In this document: one piece after another, positions 1-11,600 of the stretch
Layout of the letters: the number at the start of each line of letters is the position of its first letter
Numbering within the stretch: position 1 is the first letter of the stretch
Source: Nemertoderma westbladi
Taxonomy: Eukaryota > Animalia > Xenacoelomorpha
Direction of reading: 5' to 3'
DNA length: 64,000 nt
Assembly (NCBI GenBank): GCA_032718475.1
Contig: JAUCBJ010006859.1
Coordinates: forward strand, 10,377-74,376
Translations under genes and position numbers: made by a program
The notes under the pieces: model-generated
Seen by the model: only the letters and a program-made list of their open reading frames with translations
Database searches by the model: none
Told to the model about the DNA's origin: nothing

Positions 1-1
1 C

Positions 2-115
2 AATATATTAGTAGATTTTAGTAAAGCTTTTGACCGAATTTCATGTGTTAAACTGTTAGCAAAACTACTTACACTGGGTTGCGGCAGCCATATGATAAAT
101 ACGTATTATCTCTAA
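2..115 (+). mobile_element. Degenerate non-LTR retrotransposon reverse transcriptase fragment
   Basis: Frame starting at 2 reads NILVDFSKAFDRISCVKLLAKLLTLG, the LINE RT 'DFSKAFD' motif followed by the typical LLxKL helix. Stop at 113-115. Confidence 0.7.
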
Positions 116-272
116 CTACAATCGGACTGCTGCATTGCAGCTGCACATGAGAAGCTATGCTGTCTTAAAAAAAAATATTTTGACACTACCATTCAATCGA
201 CAATTGGCAAACCCAATGCAGCATGCATTAAGAATGATATGCCAGCTTATCAACAAATTTGCACCGCCACAA

Positions 273-560
273 CTACCTATCCACCATGGCTTTTGCGAGA
301 TTATCCGCCTCTTCAAGGCCAGTGTCCTTTAAGATGCGTCTCAAGAAAGTCATGGGCTGTCCACCATGCCTATTCACTCCATGGGGCCGCCAAAGCACAA
401 GATTGTGCACAGGCTGGACCTCTCGGCGAAAGCAATGCCTTGCAAAGCGGATGCGGCTTTGTTCAAGTATCAAGCTTGGGGGAACCAATGAGACACTTCC
501 AATGTTATATAGTGTCTGGTTGGAGATGTGTGCATTGTACTTTGTACGAACCATTGCATA
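273..560 (-). mobile_element. RTE-like LINE ORF2 C-terminal remnant
   Basis: Translation ISNQTLY...SRIRFARHCFRR...LVLWRPHG...GQPMTFLRRILKDTG...AMVDR resembles the post-RT C-terminus of RTE-type elements (RxRFAGHCxR, LWxP, GRP, DR). Confidence 0.65.
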
Positions 561-719
561 CTGATGTGATTGTGCAATGATTTCCTCAGGAATCATTGCA
601 CAACTTATATTGATAGTAACAATGTGTTGGCAAGCTGTATTTTTCGAGGTGTATTATTATACGTTTATTATATAGGAAGGGATCTAGGGGTCTTAACCTC
701 GAATGATAAGTTTATTATC

Positions 720-1160
720 GTACGTGTCCCGCACTTTACAGTGAAATGTCCCACACTTTACATGACTTTGCTGCACTTAAACTACTCCCCTGTTTCATTG
801 ATGTTACCTACCATCTTACTAAAGGCTAATTTACTTTCCCTACATATCTAGGAACATCACGGAACAAAAGTTTTCCCACTAACTTTACCCAATTCGCTGA
901 ACTTTAGCAATGAATTTGACAGTTGAGAATTTCACTTTCGTATGCGTCCCGCACTTTACAATTTTTTGAAGCAATAATTCTGAGACATAAACTGCTGCCG
1001 GTTTTCCAAACTGCTTTTTTTTTACTGAACCGATAATTGGTTTTTCTAAGAAACACAAGCATTATACTATTTTAGTTCATTTTCATGATGTACAGTGCTA
1101 AAGTATGCACAAAAAGTCGTACGAATGTCCCGCACTTTACATGGAATGAGCCACTATATT
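720..1160. mobile_element. Probable DNA-transposon remnant with dispersed subterminal repeats
   Basis: (T/C)GTCCC(G/A)CACTTTACA recurs at about 725, 748, 945 and 1126. The last copy runs into a TIR-like end (TGGAATGAGCCAC-TATA). No partner TIR seen. Confidence 0.35.
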
Positions 1161-2079
1161 CCAGGACATGGTGTAATACAGTAGACATATCAACCAATTA
1201 GGATATTAATGAACGAACAATAATTGCACAAACATAATATGCCAATTAAGATCTCATTAAGAGCACAGAAACCGTCGTTATCTATACTGGGTCGCATCTG
1301 GTCCCACGAGACTGAGGCAGAAAGGTCGCCGCTTTAGGTCCCACAGCCACCGCGAAAGGTCGCAAGTGCATTATCGGTCCCAGGAGATACAGTATGGGTG
1401 GGGGGTAACCAAACCAACTTAGTAGTTCCCAAAACAGACCCGTTATACTGTACTGCGTCATAAACTATTTTATAATTAAATAACAATAAATTAATTAATA
1501 ACACCAACAATCAAACTGCTAACCCAATTGTATTTCGTGAAAGATCTTACGTAACATTTAGTGGAATTTTATTAAATTTCCGAGCACTTACGAAAAATCA
1601 GTCACAATTAAAATAAATTATATTGTGATCATTAATAAAACACGAAGTGGGGCCTTCGCGCAGCACATGGCATAAACTTATGTTAAGTGTCAACTCGTAA
1701 GAATTATAAGCAAAATATAAGCAAATGTAACTTCACCACCTTGCGGCCCTCTAGAGCGGCAGACTGGCGAACTGTGGACTGATCACCTTCTTTATAAACC
1801 CAACATGTGGTATAGTACCGGTACATATATGCAAAGATTCAGCTTAAACGAAATAAAACCACGGAATTGGGAAAAGGATTTTACTTTCAGATATTTCGCC
1901 CTCTAGCGGCAGACTGGAGAGCTGCTAGTTATTAACATGTCAAAACGGTAAAAACGACGACATCAATTTGCCATTATTGACCAACCCCCCAAACAGTGTC
2001 AGTTCGCTATGGCTCCTCCAACTTCGTGGCTCTTCCCACAATATAATTACAAGGTAGGCCTAAACAACATTGCGTGGAA

Positions 2080-2268
2080 CTATTTATTTCGTTTTAACGT
2101 CCTTTGTTTCTCTCCGTGCTCCACTAGTTTTTCTTCCACAGACAGACCTTTCCTTCGTCTCACTGAGTCCCGATATCTTGCTGCCTGGTTCTCACTGTCT
2201 GCCTTCTCTCCGAAGTGCCGCAGTTCCTCGTCTGTTGTAGGCACCCAGTACGGGTCACTCTCTATGGT
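2080..2268 (-). CDS. EFL1: Elongation factor-like GTPase 1 (EFL1/EFTUD1/Ria1), terminal coding exon
   Basis: Acceptor ttatttcttcAG| then [62 protein letters not shown] (63 codons, phase 0), matching the conserved EFL1 C-terminus. Absent from the ORF track. Confidence 0.95.
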   Translation of the reverse strand, partial: TIESDPYWVPTTDEELRHFGEKADSENQAARYRDSVRRRKGLSVEEKLVEHGEKQRTLKRNK

Positions 2269-2379
2269 CTGAAGAAATAAAGTATTATTATTAATTACGG
2301 TATTTGAAGCGAATCAGTGGTTTCACATTGCAACTTTCGTTGGGTCCAGTTGATCAAATACGAATGTTTGTACATTGGG

Positions 2380-2570
2380 GTTGATTATTATAGTCGCTGT
2401 AGATGATTGGTATTGGGCATTTAGAAGGCGATGAGGACGTAAATGGCAGGCATACAACGTAATAGGTCCGTCCACAATTTATGTGAGAAATTGTTAGAAC
2501 GCCAGACTTCGGACAACCCGGAGGTCACCACTCACCCAACTACTTTCCTTTCCCTTTCCCTTTCCTTTCT
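2380..2570 (+). mobile_element. Possible SINE/LINE 3' remnant with (CCTTT)n-like tail
   Basis: Core-like segment GATGAGGACGTAAATGG followed by a short pyrimidine repeat tail at about 2543-2570. No A/B boxes seen. Confidence 0.25.
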
Positions 2571-2657
2571 TAATGTTACGTCGTACTAATGCCAAAATGC
2601 GACTGCTCGCAGAAAATAATGTGTTACATATTAGACACATCAAAAACTAATAATTAG

Positions 2658-5600
2658 CTTACCTCCCGCTCCCCGATTCTCGTGTTGTTCTATGTAAATG
2701 CCTCCCTTACTTACCTCCGGCTCCCTGATTCTCGTGTTGTTCTATGTAAATGCCTCCCTTACTTACCTCCCGCTCCCCGATTCTCGTGTTGTTCTATGTA
2801 AATGCCTCCCTTACTTACCTCCCGCTCCCTGATTCTCGTGTTGTTCTATGTAAATGCCTCCCTTACTTACCTCCCGCTCCCTGATTCTCGTGTTGTTCTA
2901 TGTAAATGCCTCCCTTACTTACCTCCCGCTCCCTGATTCTCGTGTTGTTCTATGTAAATGCCTCCCTTACTTACCTCCCGCTCCCTGATTCTCGTGTTGT
3001 TCTATGTAAATGCCTCCCTTACTTACCTCCCGCACCCCGATTCTCGTGTTGTTCTATGTAAATGCCTCCCTTACTTACCTTCCGCTCCCTGATTCTCGTG
3101 TTGTTCTATGTAAATGCCTCCCTTACTTACCTCCTGCTCCCTGATTCTCGTGTTGTTCTATGTAAATGCCTCCCTTACTTACCTCCCGCTCCCTGATTCT
3201 CGTGTTGTTCTATGTAAATGCCTCCCTTACTTACCTCCCGCTCCCCGATTCTCGTGTTGTTCTATGTAAATGCCTCCCTTACTTACCTCCCGCTCCCTGA
3301 TTCTCGTGTTGTTCTATGTAAATGCCTCCCTTACTTACCTCCTGCTCCCTGATTCTCGTGTTGTTCTATGTAAATGCCTCCCTTACTTACCTCCCGCTCC
3401 CTGATTCTCGTGTTGTTCTATGTAAATGCCTCCCTTACTTACCTCCCGCTCCCTGATTCTCGTGTTGTTCTATGTAAATGCCTCCCTTACTTACCTCCTG
3501 CTCCCTGATTCTCGTGTTGTTCTATGTAAATGCCTCCCTTACTTACCTCCCGCTCCCTGATTCTCGTGTTGTTCTATGTAAATGCCTCCCTTACTTACCT
3601 CCCGCTCCCTGATTCTCGTGTTGTTCTATGTAAATGCCTCCCTTACTTACCTCCTGCTCCCTGATTCTCGTGTTGTTCTATGTAAATGCCTCCCTTACTT
3701 ACCTCCCGCTCCCTGATTCTCGTGTTGTTCTATGTAAATGCCTCCCTTACTTACCTCGCGCTCCCTGATTCTCGTGTTGTTCTATGTAAATGCCTCCCTT
3801 ACTTACCTCCTGCTCCCTGATTCTCGTGTTGTTCTATGTAAATGCCTCCCTTACTTACCTCCCGCTCCCCGATTCTCGTGTTGTTCTATGTAAATGCCTC
3901 CCTTACTTACCTCCCGCTCCCTGATTCTCGTGTTGTTCTATGTAAATGCCTCCCTTACTTACCTCCCGCTCCCTGATTCTCGTGTTGTTCTATGTAAATG
4001 CCTCCCTTACTTACCTCCCGCTCCCTGATTCTCGTGTTGTTCTATGTAAATGCCTCCCTTACTTACCTCCCGCTCCCCGATTCTCGTGTTGTTCTATGTA
4101 AATGCCTCCCTTACTTACCTCCCGCTCCCTGATTCTCGTGTTGTTCTATGTAAATGCCTCCCTTACTTACCTCCCGCTCCCTGATTCTCGTGTTGTTCTA
4201 TGTAAATGCCTCCCTTACTTACCTCCCGCTCCCCGATTCTCGTGTTGTTCTATGTAAATGCCTCCCTTACTTACCTCCCGCTCCCTGATTCTCGTGTTGT
4301 TCTATGTAAATGCCTCCCTTACTTACCTCCCGCTCCCTGATTCTCGTGTTGTTCTATGTAAATGCCTCCCTTACTTACCTCCCGCTCCCTGATTCTCGTG
4401 TTGTTCTATGTAAATGCCTCCCTTACTTATCTCCCGCTCCCTGATTCTCGTGTTGTTCTATGTAAATGCCTCCCTTACTTATCTCCCGCTCCCTGAGTCT
4501 CGTGTTGTTCTATGTAAATGCCTCCCTTACTTACCTCCCGCTCCCCGATTCTCGTGTTGTTCTATGTAAATGCCTCCCTTACTTACCTCCCGCTCCCTGA
4601 TCCTCGTGTTGTTCTATGTAAATGCCTCCCTTACTTACCTCCCGCTCCCTGATTCTCGTGTTGTTCTATGTAAATGCCTCCCTTACTTACCTCCCGCTCC
4701 CCGATTCTCGTGTTGTTCTATGTAAATGCCTCCCTTACTTACCTCCCGCTCCCTGATTCTCGTGTTGTTCTATGTAAATACCTCCCTTACTTACCTCCCG
4801 CTCCCTGATTCACGTGTTGTTCTATGTAAATGCCTCCCTTACTTACCTCCCGCTCCCTGATTCTCGTGTTGTTCTATGTAAATGCCTCCCTTACTTACCT
4901 CCCGCTCCCCGATTCTCGTGTTGTTCTATGTAAATGCCTCCCTTACTTACCTCCCGCTCCCTGATTCTCGTGTTGTTCTATGTAAATGCCTCCCTTACTT
5001 ACCTCCCGCTCCCTGATTCTCGTGTTGTTCTATGTAAATGCCTCCCTTACTTACCTCCCGCTCCCCGATTCTCGCGTTGTTCTATGTAAATGCCTCCCTT
5101 ACTTACCTCCCGCTCCCTGATTCTCGTGTTGTTCTATGTAAATACCTCCCTTACTTACCTCCCGCTCCCCGATTCTCGTGTTGTTCTATGTAAATGCCTC
5201 CCTTACTTACCTCCCGCTCCCTGATTCTCGTGTTGTTCTATGTAAATGCCTCCCTTACTTACCTCCCGCTCCCTGATTCTCGTGTTGTTCTATGTAAATG
5301 CCTCCCTTACTTACCTCCCGCTCCCTGATTCTCGTGTTGTTCTATGTAAATGACTCCACTTACCTCCCGCTCCCTGATTCTCGTGTTGTTCTATGTAAAT
5401 GCCTCCCTTACTTACCTCCCGCTCCCTGATTCTCGTGTTGTTCTATGTAAATGACTCCACTTACCTCCCGCTCCCTGATTCTCGTGTTGTTCTATGTAAA
5501 TGCCTCCCTTACTTACCCCCCGCTCCCTGATTCTCGTGTTGTTCTATGTAAATGCCTCCCATACTTACCCCCCGCTCCCTGATTCTCGTGTTGTTCTATG

Positions 5601-8600
5601 TAAATGCCTCCCTTACTTACCTCCCGCTCCCTGATTCTCGTGTTGTTCTATGTAAATGCCTCCCTTACTTACCTACCGCTCCCTGATTCTCGTGTTGTTC
5701 TATGTAAATGCCTCCCTTACTTACCTCCCGCTCCCTGATTCTCGTGTTGTTCTATGTAAATGCCTCCCATACTTACCTCCCGCTCCCTGATTCTCGTGTT
5801 GTTCTATGTAAATGCCTCCCTTACTTACCTCCCGCTCCCCGATTGTCGTGTTGTTCTATGTAAATGCCTCCCTTACTTACCTCCCGCTCCCCGATTCTCG
5901 TGTTGTTCTATGTAAATGCCTCCCTTACTTACCTCCCGCTCCCTGATTCTCGTGTTGTTCTATGTAAATGCCTCCCTTACTTACCTCCCGCTCCCTGATT
6001 CTCGTGTTGTTCTATGTAAATGCCTCCCTTACTTACCTCCCGCTCCCTGATTCTCGTGTTGTTCTATGTAAATGCCTCCCTTACTTACCTCCCGCTCCCC
6101 GATTCTCGTGTTGTTCTATGTAAATGCCTCCCTTACTTACCTCCCGCTCCCTGATTCTCGTGTTGTTCTATGTAAATGCCTCCCTTACTTACCTCCCGCT
6201 CCCTGATTCTCGTGTTGTTCTATGTAAATGCCTCCCATACTTACCTCCCGCTCCCTGATTCTCGTGTTGTTCTATGTAAATGCCTCCCTTACTTACCTCC
6301 CGCTCCCTGATTATCGTGTTGTTCTATGTAATTGCCTCCCTTACTTACCTCCCGCTCCCCGATTCTCGTGTTGTTCTATGTAAATGCCTCCCTTACTTAC
6401 CTCCCGCTCCCTGATTATCGTGTTGTTCTATGTAAATGCCTCCCTTACTTACCTCCCGCTCCCTGATTCTCGTGTTGTTCTATGTAAATGCCTCCCATAC
6501 TTACCTCCCGCTCCCTGATTCTCGTGTTGTTCTATGTAAATGCCTCCCTTACTTACCTCCTGCTCCCTGATTCTCGTGTTGTTCTATGTAAATGCCTCCC
6601 TTACTTACCTCCCGCTCCCCGATTCTCGTGTTGTTCTATGTAAATGCCTCCCTTACTTACCTCCCGCTCCCTGATTCTCGTGTTGTTCTATGTAAATGCC
6701 TCCCTTACTTACCTCCCGCTCCCTGATTCTCGTGTTGTTCTATGTAAATGCTTCCCTTACTTACCTCCCGCTCCCCGATTCTCGTGTTGTTCTATGTAAA
6801 TGCCTCCCTTACTTACCTCCCGCTCCCTGATTCTCGTGTTGTTCTATGTAAATGCTTCCCTTACTTACCTCCCGCTCCCCGATTCTCGTGTTGTTCTATG
6901 TAAATGCCTCCCTTACTTACCTCCCGCTCCCTGATTCTCGTGTTGTTCTATGTAAATGCTTCCCTTACTTACCTCCCGCTCCCCGATTCTCGTGTTGTTC
7001 TATGTAAATGCCTCCCTTACTTACCTCCCGCTCCCTGATTATCGTGTTGTTCTATGTAAATGCTTCCCTTACTTACCTCCCGCTCCCCGATTCTCGTGTT
7101 GTTCTATGTAAATGCCTCCCTTACTTACCTCCCGCTCCCTGATTCTCGTGTTGTTCTATGTAAATGCTTCCCTTACTTACCTCCCGCTCCCCGATTCTCG
7201 TGTTGTTCTATGTAAATGCCTCCCTTACTTACCTCCCGCTCCCTGATTATCGTGTTGTTCTATGTAATTGCCTCCCTTACTTACCTCCCGCTCCCCGATT
7301 CTCGTGTTGTTCTATGTAAATGCCTCCCTTACTTACCTCCCGCTCCCTGATTATCGTGTTGTTCTATGTAAATGCCTACCTTACTTACCTCCCGCTCCCC
7401 GATTCTCGTGTTGTTCTATGTAAATGCCTCCCTCACTTACCTCCCGCTCCCTGATTCTCGTGTTGTTCTATGTAAAGGCCTCCCATACTTACCTCCCGCT
7501 CCCTGATTCTCGTGTTGTTCTATGTAAATGCCTCCCTTACTTACCTCCCGCTCCCTGATTCTCGTGTTGTTCTATGTAAATGCCTCCCTTACTTACCTCC
7601 CGCTCCCTGATTATCGTGTTGTTCTATGTAATTGCCTCCCTTACTTACCTCCCGCTCCCTGATTCTCGTGTTGTTCTATGTAATTGCCTCCCTTACTTAC
7701 CTCCCGCTCCCCGATTCTCGTGTTGTTCTATGTAAATGCCTCCCTTACTTACCTCCCGCTCCCTGATTATCGTGTTGTTCTATGTAATTGCCTCCCTTAC
7801 TTACCTCCCGCTCCCTGATTCTCGTGTTGTTCTATGTAAATGCTTCCACTTACCTCCCGCTCCCCGATTCTCGTGTTGTTCTATGTAAATGCTTCCACTT
7901 ACCTCCCGCTCCCCGATTCTCGTGTTGTTCTATGTAAATGCCTCCCTTACTTACCTCCCGCTCCCTGATTATCGTGTTGTTCTATGTAATTGCCTCCCTT
8001 ACTTACCTCCCGCTCCCTGATTCTCGTGTTGTTCTATGTAAATGCTTCCACTTACCTCCCGCTCCCCGATTCTCGTGTTGTTCTATGTAAATGCTTCCAC
8101 TTACCTCCCGCTCCCCGATTCTCGTGTTGTTCTATGTAATTGCCTCCCTTACTTACCTCCCGCTCCCCGATTCTCGTGTTGTTCTATGTAATTGCCTCCC
8201 TTACTTACCTCCCGCTCCCCGATTCTCGTGTTGTTCTATGTAAATGCTTCCCTTACTTACCTCCCGCTCCCCGATTCTCGTGTTGTTCTATGTAAATGCC
8301 TCCCTTACTTACCTCCCGCTCCCTGATTCTCGTGTTGTTCTATGTAAATGCCTCCCTTACTTACCTCCCGCTCCCTGATTCTCGTGTTGTTCTATGTAAA
8401 TGCCTCCCTTACTTATCTCCCGCTCCCTGATTCTCGTGTTGTTCTATGTAAATGCCTCCCTTACTTATCTCCCGCTCCCTGAGTCTCGTGTTGTTCTATG
8501 TAAATGCCTCCCTTACTTACCTCCCGCTCCCCGATTCTCGTGTTGTTCTATGTAAATGCCTCCCTTACTTACCTCCCGCTCCCTGATCCTCGTGTTGTTC

Positions 8601-11600
8601 TATGTAAATGCCTCCCTTACTTACCTCCCGCTCCCTGATTCTCGTGTTGTTCTATGTAAATGCCTCCCTTACTTACCTCCCGCTCCCCGATTCTCGTGTT
8701 GTTCTATGTAAATGCCTCCCTTACTTACCTCCCGCTCCCTGATTCTCGTGTTGTTCTATGTAAATACCTCCCTTACTTACCTCCCGCTCCCTGATTCACG
8801 TGTTGTTCTATGTAAATGCCTCCCTTACTTACCTCCCGCTCCCTGATTCTCGTGTTGTTCTATGTAAATGCCTCCCTTACTTACCTCCCGCTCCCCGATT
8901 CTCGTGTTGTTCTATGTAAATGCCTCCCTTACTTACCTCCCGCTCCCTGATTCTCGTGTTGTTCTATGTAAATGCCTCCCTTACTTACCTCCCGCTCCCT
9001 GATTCTCGTGTTGTTCTATGTAAATGCCTCCCTTACTTACCTCCCGCTCCCCGATTCTCGTGTTGTTCTATGTAAATGCCTCCCTTACTTACCTCCCGCT
9101 CCCTGATTCTCGTGTTGTTCTATGTAAATACCTCCCTTACTTACCTCCCGCTCCCCGATTCTCGTGTTGTTCTATGTAAATGCCTCCCTTACTTACCTCC
9201 CGCTCCCTGATTCTCGTGTTGTTCTATGTAAATGCCTCCCTTACTTACCTCCCGCTCCCTGATTCTCGTGTTGTTCTATGTAAATGCCTCCCTTACTTAC
9301 CTCCCGCTCCCTGATTCTCGTGTTGTTCTATGTAAATGACTCCACTTACCTCCCGCTCCCTGATTCTCGTGTTGTTCTATGTAAATGCCTCCCTTACTTA
9401 CCTCCCGCTCCCTGATTCTCGTGTTGTTCTATGTAAATGACTCCACTTACCTCCCGCTCCCTGATTCTCGTGTTGTTCTATGTAAATGCCTCCCTTACTT
9501 ACCCCCCGCTCCCTGATTCTCGTGTTGTTCTATGTAAATGCCTCCCATACTTACCTCCCGCTCCCCGATTCTCGTGTTGTTCTATGTAAATGACTCCCTT
9601 ACTTACCTCCCGCTCCCTGATTCTCGTGTTGTTCTATGTAAATGACTCCACTTACCTCCCGCTCCCTGATTCTCGTGTTGTTCTATGTAAATGCCTCCCT
9701 TACTTACCTCCCGCTCCCCGATTCTCGTGTTGTTCTATGTAAATGACTCCCTTACTTACCTCCCGCTCCCTGATTCTCGTGTTGTTCTATGTAAATGACT
9801 CCACTTACCTCCCGCTCCCTGATTCTCGTGTTGTTCTATGTAAATGCCTCCCTTACTTACCTCCCGCTCCCTGATTCTCGTGTTGTTCTATGTAAATGAC
9901 TCCACTTACCTCCCGCTCCCTGATTCTCGTGTTGTTCTATGTAAATGCCTCCCTTACTTACCTCCCGCTCCCCGATTCTCGTGTTGTTCTATGTAAATGC
10001 CTCCCTTACTTACCTCCCGCTCCCTGATTCTCGTGTTGTTCTATGTAAATGCCTCCCTTACTTACCTCCTGCTCCCTGATTCTCGTGTTGTTCTATGTAA
10101 ATGCCTCCCTTACTTACCCCCCGCTCCCTGATTCTCGTGTTGTTCTATGTAAATGCCTCCCTTACTTACCTCCCGCTCCCTGATTCTCGTGTTGTTCTAT
10201 GTAAATGCCTACCTTACTTACCTCCCGCTCCCCGATTCTCGTGTTGTTCTATGTAAATGCCTCCCTTACTTACCTCCCGCTCCCTGATTCTCGTGTTGTT
10301 CTATGTAAATGCCTACCTTACTTACCTCCCGCTCCCCGATTCTCGTGTTGTTCTATGTAAATGCCTCCCTTACTTACCCCCCGCTCCCTGATTCTCGTGT
10401 TGTTCTATGTAAATGCCTCCCTTACTTACCTCCCGCTCCCTGATTCTCGTGTTGTTCTATGTAAATGCCTCCCTTACTTACCTCCCGCTCCCTGATTCTC
10501 GTGTTGTTCTATGTAAATGCCTACCTTACTTACCTCCCGCTCCCCGATTCTCGTGTTGTTCTATGTAAATGCCTCCCTTACTTACCTCCCGCTCCCTGAT
10601 TCTCGTGTTGTTCTATGTAAATGCCTCCCTTACTTACCTCCCGCTCCCTGATTCTCGTGTTGTTCTATGTAAATGCCTCCCTTACTTACCCCCCGCTCCC
10701 TGATTCTCGTGTTGTTCTATGTAAATGCCTCCCTTACTTACCTCCCGCTCCCTGATTCTCGTGTTGTTCTATGTAAATGCCTCCCTTACTTACCTCCCGC
10801 TCCCTGATTCTCGTGTTGTTCTATGTAAATGCCTCCCTTACTTACCTCCCGCTCCCCGATTCTCGTGTTGTTCTATGTAAATGCCTCCCTTACTTACCTC
10901 CCGCTCCCTGATTCTCGTGTTGTTCTATGTAAATGCCTCCCTTACTTACCTCCCGCTCCCCGATTCTCGTGTTGTTCTATGTAATTGCCTCCCTTACTTA
11001 CCTCCCGCTCCCCGATTCTCGTGTTGTTCTATGTAAATGCCTCCCTTACTTACCTCCCGCTCCCTGATTATCGTGTTGTTCTATGTAATTGCCTCCCTTA
11101 CTTACCTCCCGCTCCCTGATTCTCGTGTTGTTCTATGTAATTGCCTCCCTTACTTACCTCCCGCTCCCCGATTCTCGTGTTGTTCTATGTAAATGCCTCC
11201 CTTACTTACCTCCCGCTCCCCGATTCTCGTGTTGTTCTATGTAAATGCCTCCCTTACTTACCTCCCGCTCCCTGATTATCGTGTTGTTCTATGTAATTGC
11301 CTCCCTTACTTACCTCCCGCTCCCCGATTCTCGTGTTGTTCTATGTAAATGCCTCCCTTACTTACCTCCCGCTCCCTGATTATCGTGTTGTTCTATGTAA
11401 TTGCCTCCCTTACTTACCTCCCGCTCCCTGATTCTCGTGTTGTTCTATGTAATTGCCTCCCTTACTTACCTCCCGCTCCCCGATTCTCGTGTTGTTCTAT
11501 GTAATTGCCTCCCTTACTTACCTCCCGCTCCCCGATTCTCGTGTTGTTCTATGTAAATGCTTCCCTTACTTACCTCCCGCTCCCCGATTCTCGTGTTGTT

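Noticed and set aside
1289-1441. Small element with GGGTC...GACCC ends and GGTCGC/GGTCCCA repeats
   Set aside because: The terminal match is only 5 bp and the flanking duplication is inexact, too weak to call.
2009-2272. 87-aa plus-strand ORF
   Set aside because: Antisense shadow of the EFL1 terminal exon.
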